A stretch of DNA of 64,000 nucleotides, taken from NCBI GenBank assembly GCA_019057635.1, contig DXJL01000133.1, positions 1 through 64,000 of the forward strand, given 5' to 3'. This DNA is from Candidatus Heimdallarchaeota archaeon. GTDB taxonomy: Archaea > Asgardarchaeota > Heimdallarchaeia > Hodarchaeales > Hodarchaeaceae. The notes under the pieces were generated by a model that saw only the letters and a program-made list of their open reading frames with translations, searched no databases and was not told the DNA's origin. The translations under genes were made by a program, and so were the position numbers. Shown one piece after another: positions 27,555 to 36,692 of the stretch; positions within the stretch are counted from its first letter, which is position 1; each line of letters opens with the position of its first letter.

Positions 27555-29741
27555 GTGAGGAACTTGAACACTCCATCCCCACATATTAAAGAACTATCTG
27601 TAACCCTAAAAGGATGTATTGACTTATCAATCGAAAAAAAAACACAGGAAGCAATTCATGATCTTTCTGTTCATGAGAAATATCAGCTTTACTGGTTAGT
27701 ATCAAAGACAAAATTAGTCGATCATGAGTTATTTGAGGTAGAAAATACCCTTTGGAATTCTATTAAAGGTATTTTTAATGGTGAATATTTACAAACTGAT
27801 CAGTTATTGGACCAACAGGATCATGTATTAACCTTAGTTGAAACTGGGATATTTCTTGACTATTTGGACATTGAAGACTTCAGAAGCGTTGTTAGATTCC
27901 TTTATACTCATAGTCTGGAACCAGAAATTACTATAACGAAGATTAATGGAAAAATAGTTAATTTACTCGCTTTTTTTGCATCCTCTGATGAAAATCCAAT
28001 TGAAAAAACAAATTCCATGATTCGATTCATTGGAATTCCTCCTGCGGGGTTCGATGAACTCAATCAAAAATTGTTAGCTACATTCCCGAAGCAGAAAAAG
28101 GCGCTGGAAGCCATTAATGAACTCCCAATCAGTATATGTCAAAAATATCCCGAGTATATTCCAGAAATAGTCGAAAAGCTAGAATATGATTTAAATATTC
28201 CTATTCTAAAGCAATGGATTGATCACAGCGCTTTAAATAATATAACTAAACAGAAAACAGCTCAGTTCACCAATAAATGGAATCCCCCAGATTATGAATC
28301 CAATGAAGAATTTTTTAAAAATCTATTAGTCCAACGGAAAGAAAATCAGATAGTATCGATACCCCTTAGCCATGAAGCGTTTGTTAAGCCATTTATCAAA
28401 AAACTAAAGGCTAGTACGGTTCGTACCTCAGAATTACCTAGCACGGTTCCCACAGAACTTCTCCCTGGATATCTTGAAAAACTAGCTTATCCCATACTAA
28501 GCAAAGAAAGTATTATGGAGATTTTCTTTTTAGGGGGAGCACAAATTGGAACGATGGGAATTTTAATTTCGACATCTCAGTCAAAAATTTTGATAGATTA
28601 TGGATTATCAGTAGCAAATTATCAAATTCCATTTTGGCATGAAGCTTTACCTAATATTGATGCAATATTCCTAACACATGCACATTTAGATCATTCGGGA
28701 GCTGTTCCTTTCCTGTTTAGTCAAGGTTATCCAGGGTACGTCTTTGGAAGTTCAATGACTAAGCAATTGTCCAGTATTTTGTTATCAGATAGCCAAAAGC
28801 TTATGCAACAGAATTTCTCAAAACCTGTTAATAGTTCTGATTATCGGTTCAAGATTTTATCACAGGAATCTAATGTTTATCAAATGTTAGATCGGTTCAT
28901 TCCAATTAAATCAGGTGAAGAATATCAAATTACACCAGATATTGCGATTAAACCATTTAATGCACATCACATTCAAGGTTCATATTCGTACCAAGTTGAA
29001 AGTGGGAATAAGAAGGTTTTATTTACTGGTGATGTGAATTTTGATCCTTGTGCTTTGTTTCGTGGAAAAATTCCTAAAATACCTCAAGATTCTGATCTTT
29101 CAATTGTTGATAGTACTTATTACGGACAACCTGCGTTTGATCCCAGTGCACGAGATACCATTCTATTTCAAACAATAAGTGAATCAAAGAGAGTAATTAT
29201 TCCTGCTTTTAGCGTAGGAAGAGCTCAAGAAATATTACTGAAACTTGAAAATGAAGGAATTACTAAAAATCATAAAGTCACTTTACTAGGAATGGCTTCA
29301 AAGGTTGCGCGTTTATCTGGTCTCGTTACAAAAGCACATTTCAGCGATCGACTTGTCCAACCCTTCGATAATGAGATAATTATTGCTGGAGGAGGTATGT
29401 TAAATGGTGGTCATGCTCGTAAGCTCGTTGAAGAAACAAAGGCTGATCCTGAAACTTCAATTATTCTCTGTGGTTATCTTGCAAAGAACACCTTAGCATA
29501 TCGCTTACTTCACGGATTAGAGCCAAGTTACAAACAAAAAATAGTTTATACACGATTTAGTGCTCACTCGAGTAGTAATACATTGAAAAAATTTCTTTCT
29601 TCAGTGAAAGGAATGAAAGCCCTTGTTCATCTGGGTGAACTAACAAAAGATCCCTTTACACTTGCCAAGGAGAATAAACGTGAGCAACTTGGGGTGGGAC
29701 CAATGCAAATTCCCCATCTTGGATCAAAAATTATAATTTAA
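27555..29741 (+). CDS. Beta-CASP metallo-beta-lactamase nuclease (CPSF/Ysh1-like) with ~320-aa N-terminal extension
   Basis: Motifs FLGGAQIG, IDYG, THAHLDHSG, AHHIQG, FTGD, DSTY, PAFSVGRAQE, FSAHS and LVH. Confidence 0.88.
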   Translation: MRNLNTPSPHIKELSVTLKGCIDLSIEKKTQEAIHDLSVHEKYQLYWLVSKTKLVDHELFEVENTLWNSIKGIFNGEYLQTDQLLDQQDHVLTLVETGIFLDYLDIEDFRSVVRFLYTHSLEPEITITKINGKIVNLLAFFASSDENPIEKTNSMIRFIGIPPAGFDELNQKLLATFPKQKKALEAINELPISICQKYPEYIPEIVEKLEYDLNIPILKQWIDHSALNNITKQKTAQFTNKWNPPDYESNEEFFKNLLVQRKENQIVSIPLSHEAFVKPFIKKLKASTVRTSELPSTVPTELLPGYLEKLAYPILSKESIMEIFFLGGAQIGTMGILISTSQSKILIDYGLSVANYQIPFWHEALPNIDAIFLTHAHLDHSGAVPFLFSQGYPGYVFGSSMTKQLSSILLSDSQKLMQQNFSKPVNSSDYRFKILSQESNVYQMLDRFIPIKSGEEYQITPDIAIKPFNAHHIQGSYSYQVESGNKKVLFTGDVNFDPCALFRGKIPKIPQDSDLSIVDSTYYGQPAFDPSARDTILFQTISESKRVIIPAFSVGRAQEILLKLENEGITKNHKVTLLGMASKVARLSGLVTKAHFSDRLVQPFDNEIIIAGGGMLNGGHARKLVEETKADPETSIILCGYLAKNTLAYRLLHGLEPSYKQKIVYTRFSAHSSSNTLKKFLSSVKGMKALVHLGELTKDPFTLAKENKREQLGVGPMQIPHLGSKIII

Positions 29742-29751
29742 AGATAATTAT

Positions 29752-30576
29752 CTAATATTGATTTGGTTGACGAAGGTCCAATGTTGGGATAAATGACTTA
29801 GCTTCAGAAAGACAGGTCGGATCAAGGGTAGTGAATAATATTTCTTCTTGATCTGAACCTCTTAACAAAGTGTTGCCAAAGGGATCTATTACCATTGAAT
29901 TCCCAAAAAATGAAGCTTCCTCATTTCCCCCGACACGATTGACTCCTGCTACGAAAATTTGATTTTCAATGGCCCTTGCTTTCAGCAATACTCTCCAAAC
30001 ATCATCCCTGGGTCTGGGAAACTCAGCCAAATAAATGAGACAGTCAGCACCTTCTAGTACTAAACGACGGCTAATTTCTGGATAACGAATATCAAAACAA
30101 ATTAGAACGCCAATGTTCATCCCATCGATATTAACAACTGTTTGTGCATTTGAAAGGCCAATCCTTTCACCGCTCATAAAGAAATTAGCCTCCTCCATCG
30201 GCTTCAGAGGAAATAGGTGAACCTTTCTATATTTTTTGAGTAATTTCCCAGAAGAATTAATAATTATAGCACAGTTATAGTAGAAACCTTCAAATTCCTC
30301 AATGATACTTGATATTAAATAAACTGAATGTTTCTCTGCTAATTTTTGAAATATTTGAGTTGATCTTCCTTCAGGGATTATTTCAGCAAGTTGTTTATAA
30401 TTTTTTAAATCAAAACCAGTGGTACAGAGTTCTGGAAGGCAAATGATATGAGAATTATCCCGTGAAACAGAGGTGATACTTTTTGCGATAAGAGAGTCAA
30501 TTTTAGCTAAATTAACATCTTTTTGGCCAATTTTTATATCCATCTGCAATAAAGAAATACTAATTCTCTTTTTCAT
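29752..30576 (-). CDS. Carbon-nitrogen hydrolase (Nit/omega-amidase-like)
   Basis: Catalytic triad LPEL / YRKVHLF / ICFDIRYPE, plus ARAIENQ. Confidence 0.93.
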   Translation of the reverse strand: MKKRISISLLQMDIKIGQKDVNLAKIDSLIAKSITSVSRDNSHIICLPELCTTGFDLKNYKQLAEIIPEGRSTQIFQKLAEKHSVYLISSIIEEFEGFYYNCAIIINSSGKLLKKYRKVHLFPLKPMEEANFFMSGERIGLSNAQTVVNIDGMNIGVLICFDIRYPEISRRLVLEGADCLIYLAEFPRPRDDVWRVLLKARAIENQIFVAGVNRVGGNEEASFFGNSMVIDPFGNTLLRGSDQEEILFTTLDPTCLSEAKSFIPTLDLRQPNQY

Positions 30577-31421
30577 AGAGATACTTCTTCTGAGCTTTGA
30601 TTTGGTTTCTTTTGGTAATTTTCAGCATAATAACGAACTATTAGAAAAATTACAAGTGCACCAATAGACGAAGCACAAATTTCTATTATAACTTGAAGCC
30701 ATGTATCATAGATAAATTCAGCTTGAAAGATGAATAGAAAGAAGTCCCAAAACCCGTGGATGGCGATAGGAAAGATTAAATTATAGCCTGTAATTTTGAA
30801 TGTATAGGAAAACGTTAATCCAATGGCAAAAGCACTAAAAAGGATCGTAACCATATACAATACGCTACCAGTAGTGCCTGCAAGCCAAAAATGCAACAAT
30901 CCGAATAAAAATGCCGATATCAAGGCTGAATTCTGAAAAGAGTATCGTGTTTCCAAAATCCTCTGTAAATATCCTCGAAAGAGTAATTCTTCACCGACTC
31001 CGATAGCAAAAATAGTCACTAATAGTGTTAGAAGTATCCCGAGTAGATCAAGAAGCTCATTCAAATTAATAATTCCAAAAACAAGTTCAAGCATGACAGT
31101 AGGTACTAATCCTGCAAGAGCAATGGGAATACTTAGAAGGATCCATTCATTCCCCCTAGATTTGTCCCATTGAAAACCAGTGCTTGTCATTTTAAGTCGA
31201 TCCATTTTTAGAAAAACATACACAAGCCCGACGCCAACGATCCCATTCATAGCTCGTTGAATATTCAATGTTAAAGTAAGGGGATAGTTCTCTCCATTAT
31301 TAAAGACCGTAGTCACTAAGGGGAGCACGAAGCTTTGAAAACTGAATACTAAAATGACAGTAATTGTAAAGAAAAGAATGACACGAAGCCATAGGTCAGA
31401 AATCGAGTATTTCTTCATCAT
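30573..31421 (-). CDS. CPBP (Rce1/Abi, type II CAAX) intramembrane metalloprotease
   Basis: Motifs EELLFRG, FGLLH and HGFWD in a multi-TM protein. Overlaps the next gene by 4 bp. Confidence 0.92.
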   Translation of the reverse strand: MMKKYSISDLWLRVILFFTITVILVFSFQSFVLPLVTTVFNNGENYPLTLTLNIQRAMNGIVGVGLVYVFLKMDRLKMTSTGFQWDKSRGNEWILLSIPIALAGLVPTVMLELVFGIINLNELLDLLGILLTLLVTIFAIGVGEELLFRGYLQRILETRYSFQNSALISAFLFGLLHFWLAGTTGSVLYMVTILFSAFAIGLTFSYTFKITGYNLIFPIAIHGFWDFFLFIFQAEFIYDTWLQVIIEICASSIGALVIFLIVRYYAENYQKKPNQSSEEVSL

Positions 31422-31537
31422 TGATACCTCTGAACGACAAAAATATTTCTCGTTGTCTTCTATATGGGGTATAATGAGTTATATTTTAAAGAGCTTGGGA
31501 ATTAATAATTGATAGTGAACAATAGTAGTGGATAATT

Positions 31538-33100
31538 GTGGTCGCCCCTTTTATTGGTTTTGCAGGATTAACGGTTGCAGCGTTAATTAAAGCGGTTGTA
31601 GCAGAGTATACAGCTAATATTTCTCGCAAAAAAATAGCTCAGTCGTATTTGGTGGAGAGAGTAGATTCAAAATTAGAAACAAAGTTTGGAAAAGACTTTT
31701 TGAAAAATAAATTGACTCCTGATAGAATTAAAAATGTACGTGAGGTAATTCATGAAGAATTAGGTGCATACTCTTCACATCGTGACCTTGATCAGCTTAT
31801 TACTAATTCTCTTTCACAATTAACAAACGAGCATCAACAAATATTAGATAAACTTGAACGCGTTGAATCTTTGCTTGAAAAAATATCCATTCCTTTATCT
31901 TACAGCATTGCGAAAGAAACAAATGAAGAAGTTCCTCAAGAATTGTTACAAGGATTACTAGAAGGAAGTATGCAAGGAAAACAGCAATCAGAGAAAGTAC
32001 TTAATGAATTGGTTAAGGAATTTAGAGTTCCCGAAGAGACACTCTCCTACATTAGCAATTACTCGTTTGTGAAACAAATTACTTCTGAGGGAGAGAAAGA
32101 GATGAAACGAATTGTAGAGAAGTTTTCGACCTCTCCACAAGAAATAAACAATCTTAGTACATTGATGGATATTTCTTCTTTAATTATTGGCCCGAAAGAA
32201 CATCTGAATGATGTTGTGTCTGAATTCGTTTTTAGATTAATTGAACAGGGCCTAGATACATCATTAGTCGAAGATTCCATTGTTGGATTTACATTTCTAA
32301 TACATCGTCTTGGAAAACTCGAACATCTCACTGAGAGTGATCGTTTACTATTGTCTTCTTTTTTGAAAAAGCGATTAACAGATATCGACAATCCTACTCG
32401 AATCCTAGAATCTTATTTCTTGTTAACCGAATTGGGGTATTCACCTGAAATTGAGCCTCAATTTGTACTCGAAATAATGGATAGGCATTATAAACAAGGA
32501 CTAAGCTCAACACGTGAGATGTCAAATCAATTGAAGCTCAGTGGTAGATTAGCACGCTTTTTAAGACGCTTGGGAACCAAGACATACAAACCTCAGGCTT
32601 CCATGCGTACATTACGGTTATTAATCAAAAGATTGGATAAAAGGAAATTTGTACGTAATACTCAGCTACTAACTTACCAATTAGAACGTCTTATTACTGA
32701 AATAAATTTGTTAGTTGCATATTTCGAGAAGAAAGATCCAGTTGAAGAGGACTTGAATGAACTCGTAGAAATCCTACAACTTCTTTTAGAAATATTGAAT
32801 CGTCCAAATATTCTGAATCTTGATTTGAAAACCAAAAAACAGATCGTTGAATGTATGGATTCAGCTTACTACTTGTATGATCTGTTAGCTGTTCGTAATT
32901 CATGGAATTTACTGAAGAATTATCAATTAGATATTAAATCTTTATATACTCCCACTTTAGGAAGTTATAAAAGAATATCAGCAAACCAAGTCGCTCTCAC
33001 GAATTCTCTAGCAAATTATTCCAAACGAAGATTGGAATTAACTGAACGAGAGTTACCGAGTCCTCCAACTAAACGACAGAAGAAGAAAATACCTGAATAG
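31538..33100 (+). CDS. Hypothetical all-alpha-helical protein (520 aa)
   Basis: Long ORF rich in L/E/K with a hydrophobic N-terminal helix. No family motif recognised. Confidence 0.7.
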   Translation: MVAPFIGFAGLTVAALIKAVVAEYTANISRKKIAQSYLVERVDSKLETKFGKDFLKNKLTPDRIKNVREVIHEELGAYSSHRDLDQLITNSLSQLTNEHQQILDKLERVESLLEKISIPLSYSIAKETNEEVPQELLQGLLEGSMQGKQQSEKVLNELVKEFRVPEETLSYISNYSFVKQITSEGEKEMKRIVEKFSTSPQEINNLSTLMDISSLIIGPKEHLNDVVSEFVFRLIEQGLDTSLVEDSIVGFTFLIHRLGKLEHLTESDRLLLSSFLKKRLTDIDNPTRILESYFLLTELGYSPEIEPQFVLEIMDRHYKQGLSSTREMSNQLKLSGRLARFLRRLGTKTYKPQASMRTLRLLIKRLDKRKFVRNTQLLTYQLERLITEINLLVAYFEKKDPVEEDLNELVEILQLLLEILNRPNILNLDLKTKKQIVECMDSAYYLYDLLAVRNSWNLLKNYQLDIKSLYTPTLGSYKRISANQVALTNSLANYSKRRLELTERELPSPPTKRQKKKIPE

Positions 33101-33331
33101 TTTGAAAAATTGGTGTGAATTGCTCCTTACAACACAGATAGAATACGAAATTACCAAAGTTTATAAAAAATTAATAGACAATGGTTTAAATCGAAAAGAA
33201 AATAAAACATATATTAGCCAGTTCAATTAGAAATAAAATCGTAAATAACACATGAACTTACCCAGATATCCTGTTGAATAGTAGAAATGCCCTTGATAAA
33301 GGTAAGAGTTAATTAGGCAAGTGATTTCCCA

Positions 33332-34354
33332 ATGTTATTTGAAGGCGTGCTTTTGTCCGTCATGGCTGATACAGGTCCAGTCACAGAGATAAATCTCTCG
33401 AAATTGGACGATACCAGCTCAATGAAACTTAGCATCAGTCTTATGACAGCACTTGGTTTGGGGGAAAGTCAAGATCAGCTAAATCAGTTGCATGGCCCTT
33501 TTCCTGTTCCCAGTCGGAAGGAGCTAGCAATTGCCTATCCTTTTACAGTACAATCTTCAAATTCCACGGATCCAAGAATACAGGAATACGGTCGCTATTG
33601 CACCTTATTTTTACTTTTTCTTCTTGATACAAAAAGCAGGGTGCTAGCGAATTATAATCTAATTGAAAGAATTCTGATTCGAGATATAACCGCTATTAGC
33701 TCCCAGGAAAATTTAACCCTAGATTTAATCAAAACAGTTTACAAAAACATAGAGAGTGCTATATCCTCCGCTGAGGGAAAAAGTACTCCCGCAGCCATTA
33801 AACAATCAACAACAGATTTAGAACGCATTCAAATTGATCATGAGCGTCATCAAATACTTTCAAGTATTATTCGAGACGTGACACAGATCCAAGCTTCATT
33901 AACAGCATTACTGGATGAGTCTATGGTATTTACGGATACTCCTATCTTGGAAGGCGCGTTTTACATGCGACCAACCGTCAAACCAGAGGATTTTGTTAAA
34001 ATTCTTCCTCAAATTTCTCGTTACGAAAAAATTCTAGCCCGTTTAGATGGGGAAGACAAAGAGATCGTGAAGGAAATAGTCGAAGTATCAGTTCTTGTAC
34101 GAATCGGAAATTTATTCTATTGGAAAGCAATTAAATCTCAACAAGCTCTGGAGTACGAAAAAGCAGTTGAATTTTATGTACGAGCCAACCAATTGAAGGA
34201 TGACTCAGTGTTGTATCTAACTATCGGTTCGATATATCGCAAATTAGGCAGAGATCAAGAAGCAAAGAACTGGGTTGAAGGTGGTTTTTCACGGATGAGG
34301 GAACGAAAAGAATCTATTCGAATTTCACGAAATATGCTCTTTGGCGATATTTAG
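33332..34354 (+). CDS. uDENN/longin-like N-terminal domain plus C-terminal TPR-like helices
   Basis: N-terminal GVLLSVMADTGP...HGPFPVP...AYPFTV...DPRI...GRYCTLFLLF. C-terminal YEKAVEFYVRA...YLTIGSIYRKLGRDQEA fits a TPR consensus. Confidence 0.6.
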   Translation: MLFEGVLLSVMADTGPVTEINLSKLDDTSSMKLSISLMTALGLGESQDQLNQLHGPFPVPSRKELAIAYPFTVQSSNSTDPRIQEYGRYCTLFLLFLLDTKSRVLANYNLIERILIRDITAISSQENLTLDLIKTVYKNIESAISSAEGKSTPAAIKQSTTDLERIQIDHERHQILSSIIRDVTQIQASLTALLDESMVFTDTPILEGAFYMRPTVKPEDFVKILPQISRYEKILARLDGEDKEIVKEIVEVSVLVRIGNLFYWKAIKSQQALEYEKAVEFYVRANQLKDDSVLYLTIGSIYRKLGRDQEAKNWVEGGFSRMRERKESIRISRNMLFGDI

Positions 34355-34365
34355 AAAAAGAAGAT

Positions 34366-34385
34366 TTCGTCCTATGGTGGACGAA
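34366..34385. terminator. Hairpin between convergent genes
   Basis: TTCGTCC-tatggt-GGACGAA (7-bp stem) lies in the 46-bp gap between two convergent stops. Confidence 0.45.
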
Positions 34386-34400
34386 TTCTCAATGACGTTT

Positions 34401-35651
34401 TTAACCTGACGGCCGATTTCGAACCTGTTTCTTTTCAGAAGCTTCTGAAGACTTCCCTTCTTTAGGAAAACCTAATTCTTTTGCGACTTCAAGAAACGGG
34501 ATAACCATCTGTGCAATAGATTTATATGCATCTTGTCCTTCCCCAAGTAAGATCATTTTGTCTACAGCAATATTCTTGAAAATTTCGGGAAGCATTTCAA
34601 TGGCTTTCATTTGAATATACTTATCATCTGCTTGGCTTAATGCTTTTGCCTGTTCTAAGATACCTTGGGCATAAGCGATCTGTTTTTGACTAATTTTAGC
34701 AGCTTCACCTTCTGCTTCAGCTAATAGTTGATCTTTATGAGCTAAAGCCTGTTGACGTATTCGTTCGACTTCAACTCCTACTTCCTGAGTAATTTTCAAA
34801 TATTTTTCTGCTTCTGATTGGATCTGTTTCTGTTTACGCTCAGTTTCAGCTGCAATAACCGCTCTTTGTTGTTCCAGCTGTTCAATTTGTATCTCGCGTT
34901 CTTTGGCTTTTGTTTCGATAGTGAGCTTTACCGCCTGATCTTGTTCACCAGTGCGTTGCTGAACCGTTAAATTTCTCAGTCGAACACTCTCCTCCATTTC
35001 TGCTTGTCTTAACTGCGCTACTTGAGCTTCCTCTATCTTTTTTACCGCCTCAAGGTTATCTTTCAATTGTTGATCTAATACTTCAACATCTCGAATTTCT
35101 ACTGATTCAACTGTTATTCCCCAATCACCTGCGAGATGATGTAATTCACTTGTAACATTCTTGATGATCTCTGCACGATTACGGATAATTTGTTCAATCT
35201 TCATATTTGCACAAGTTGTACGTATGATGGCTTCGGTTGCATTCTTAATTGCTTTCTCCACATAATCTGATCGTGCAGGATTCCAACTCACTTTGGAATA
35301 AGATACTTCAGGATTAGTAACACGCCAATAAACGAACGCGGTTAATGCGACATCTTGATATTCGTAACTAACTACTTTTTCTCTTGCTTCTAGCAAAGTT
35401 TGTTGGACTGTGGTGGGAATAATAATTACTTCATCAAATACTGGCCATAAGACAACCGTTCCACCTGTACCCGCCCTCTTAATCTTTCCACGACGAAAAT
35501 GAATTACATATTCATTCGTTTTATATTTACGATAGCGAGATACGAAAAATATTATAAATAAGAAGAAGATTACAAACGCTAAGACAATTACCAACCAGAG
35601 ATTGTCTATTAATGCGTTTCCTGTAGTCTGTAATAAAAATAAGTTTACCAT
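34401..35651 (-). CDS. SPFH/flotillin-like (band 7) membrane scaffold protein
   Basis: N-terminal TM helix, SPFH core (IRTTCANM...WGITVESVEIRDV), then an A/E/Q-rich coiled coil with AEAEGEA. Confidence 0.92.
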   Translation of the reverse strand: MVNLFLLQTTGNALIDNLWLVIVLAFVIFFLFIIFFVSRYRKYKTNEYVIHFRRGKIKRAGTGGTVVLWPVFDEVIIIPTTVQQTLLEAREKVVSYEYQDVALTAFVYWRVTNPEVSYSKVSWNPARSDYVEKAIKNATEAIIRTTCANMKIEQIIRNRAEIIKNVTSELHHLAGDWGITVESVEIRDVEVLDQQLKDNLEAVKKIEEAQVAQLRQAEMEESVRLRNLTVQQRTGEQDQAVKLTIETKAKEREIQIEQLEQQRAVIAAETERKQKQIQSEAEKYLKITQEVGVEVERIRQQALAHKDQLLAEAEGEAAKISQKQIAYAQGILEQAKALSQADDKYIQMKAIEMLPEIFKNIAVDKMILLGEGQDAYKSIAQMVIPFLEVAKELGFPKEGKSSEASEKKQVRNRPSG

Positions 35652-35686
35652 TTTGTTCTTTCACCCAATTTCAAATTTGTTTTGTA

Positions 35687-36448
35687 CTATTCCCAAGTAA
35701 TCGATCCCTCGGGAGTATCTTTTTTTGTTTTTTCCGTTGAAGGCCATTCATCTATTAGTAGTGAATTTTTTTCCACTTTCACGACGTAAGCAATCATACC
35801 TCTAGCAATAGCTCCTGATTCTGTTTTTGCTGACATTTTAACAGGTCCATGAATCGAACTAGTATGGATAAGTACCAATCCACCTTCAGTATCAACAGTT
35901 GTTAGAGTTTTTACTTCATCGTCAACTTTCATTGTTTGCAAAGGTGTTTCATAAATTTCTGAGACTGCAATTCTAGTCCATACCTTGGAAATGAAGTAAG
36001 TTGTCCCAATAGGAACCAGAAATAACACAGCTAATAGAACAATTATGTTAATAGTGTTATCGATCATAATAACCCCTGTCCCTCCGAAGGAAATCATAAA
36101 AGTTCCTAATAAGAGCATTAAAGGGGCAGGAGTATCGGCATCAAAGCCATGATCATGTAAATCTAAGTTCTTATCCATGCCTATATGAATATCCTTATCT
36201 ATGCCAACTGTCAGATCCGAATCTATATCTACATCAACGTCAAGATCAACACCCCCGAGATCATGGTCTATTCCTACACTATGGTCGAAATCATGGTCAA
36301 TATCATGATCTAAATCAGTATCATGATCAAATAGTTGACTTCCTTGTAGAATCAATGTTAAAAAGAAGATCAATAGTCCTGAAATTAAACTTCCGAAGCA
36401 GATTTGCTTTAAAATGAGGAGAAGTAAGGGGACATCAAATTCAGTCAA
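35687..36448 (-). CDS. NfeD/YuaF-like flotillin partner with Asp/His-rich loop
   Basis: TM helix, D/H-rich repeats, two more TM helices (FMISFGGTG), C-terminal OB-like domain (GAIARG...YVVKVEKNSLLI). Lies directly upstream of the SPFH gene. Confidence 0.82.
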   Translation of the reverse strand: MTEFDVPLLLLILKQICFGSLISGLLIFFLTLILQGSQLFDHDTDLDHDIDHDFDHSVGIDHDLGGVDLDVDVDIDSDLTVGIDKDIHIGMDKNLDLHDHGFDADTPAPLMLLLGTFMISFGGTGVIMIDNTINIIVLLAVLFLVPIGTTYFISKVWTRIAVSEIYETPLQTMKVDDEVKTLTTVDTEGGLVLIHTSSIHGPVKMSAKTESGAIARGMIAYVVKVEKNSLLIDEWPSTEKTKKDTPEGSITWE

Positions 36449-36692
36449 GATACTCGAGTACCTCAGATTTAACCTGCCTTTTATATTTTTAGTACTCGGA
36501 ACAACAGATGAAATAAACCAAAGATTTCATCTCAGTGTTTTTAAAGGTTAGTAGAAACATAATAATTACTTCACTGTACTGGTGAGTATGGCTAAAAGCG
36601 AAACATTCCTATGGTAAAAAAGGGGTTTAATAAGTTAATACTGTCAAGAAGTCCTTTCAGTTCCCCATTCCTTGCTTCTATACAGTGATTAA

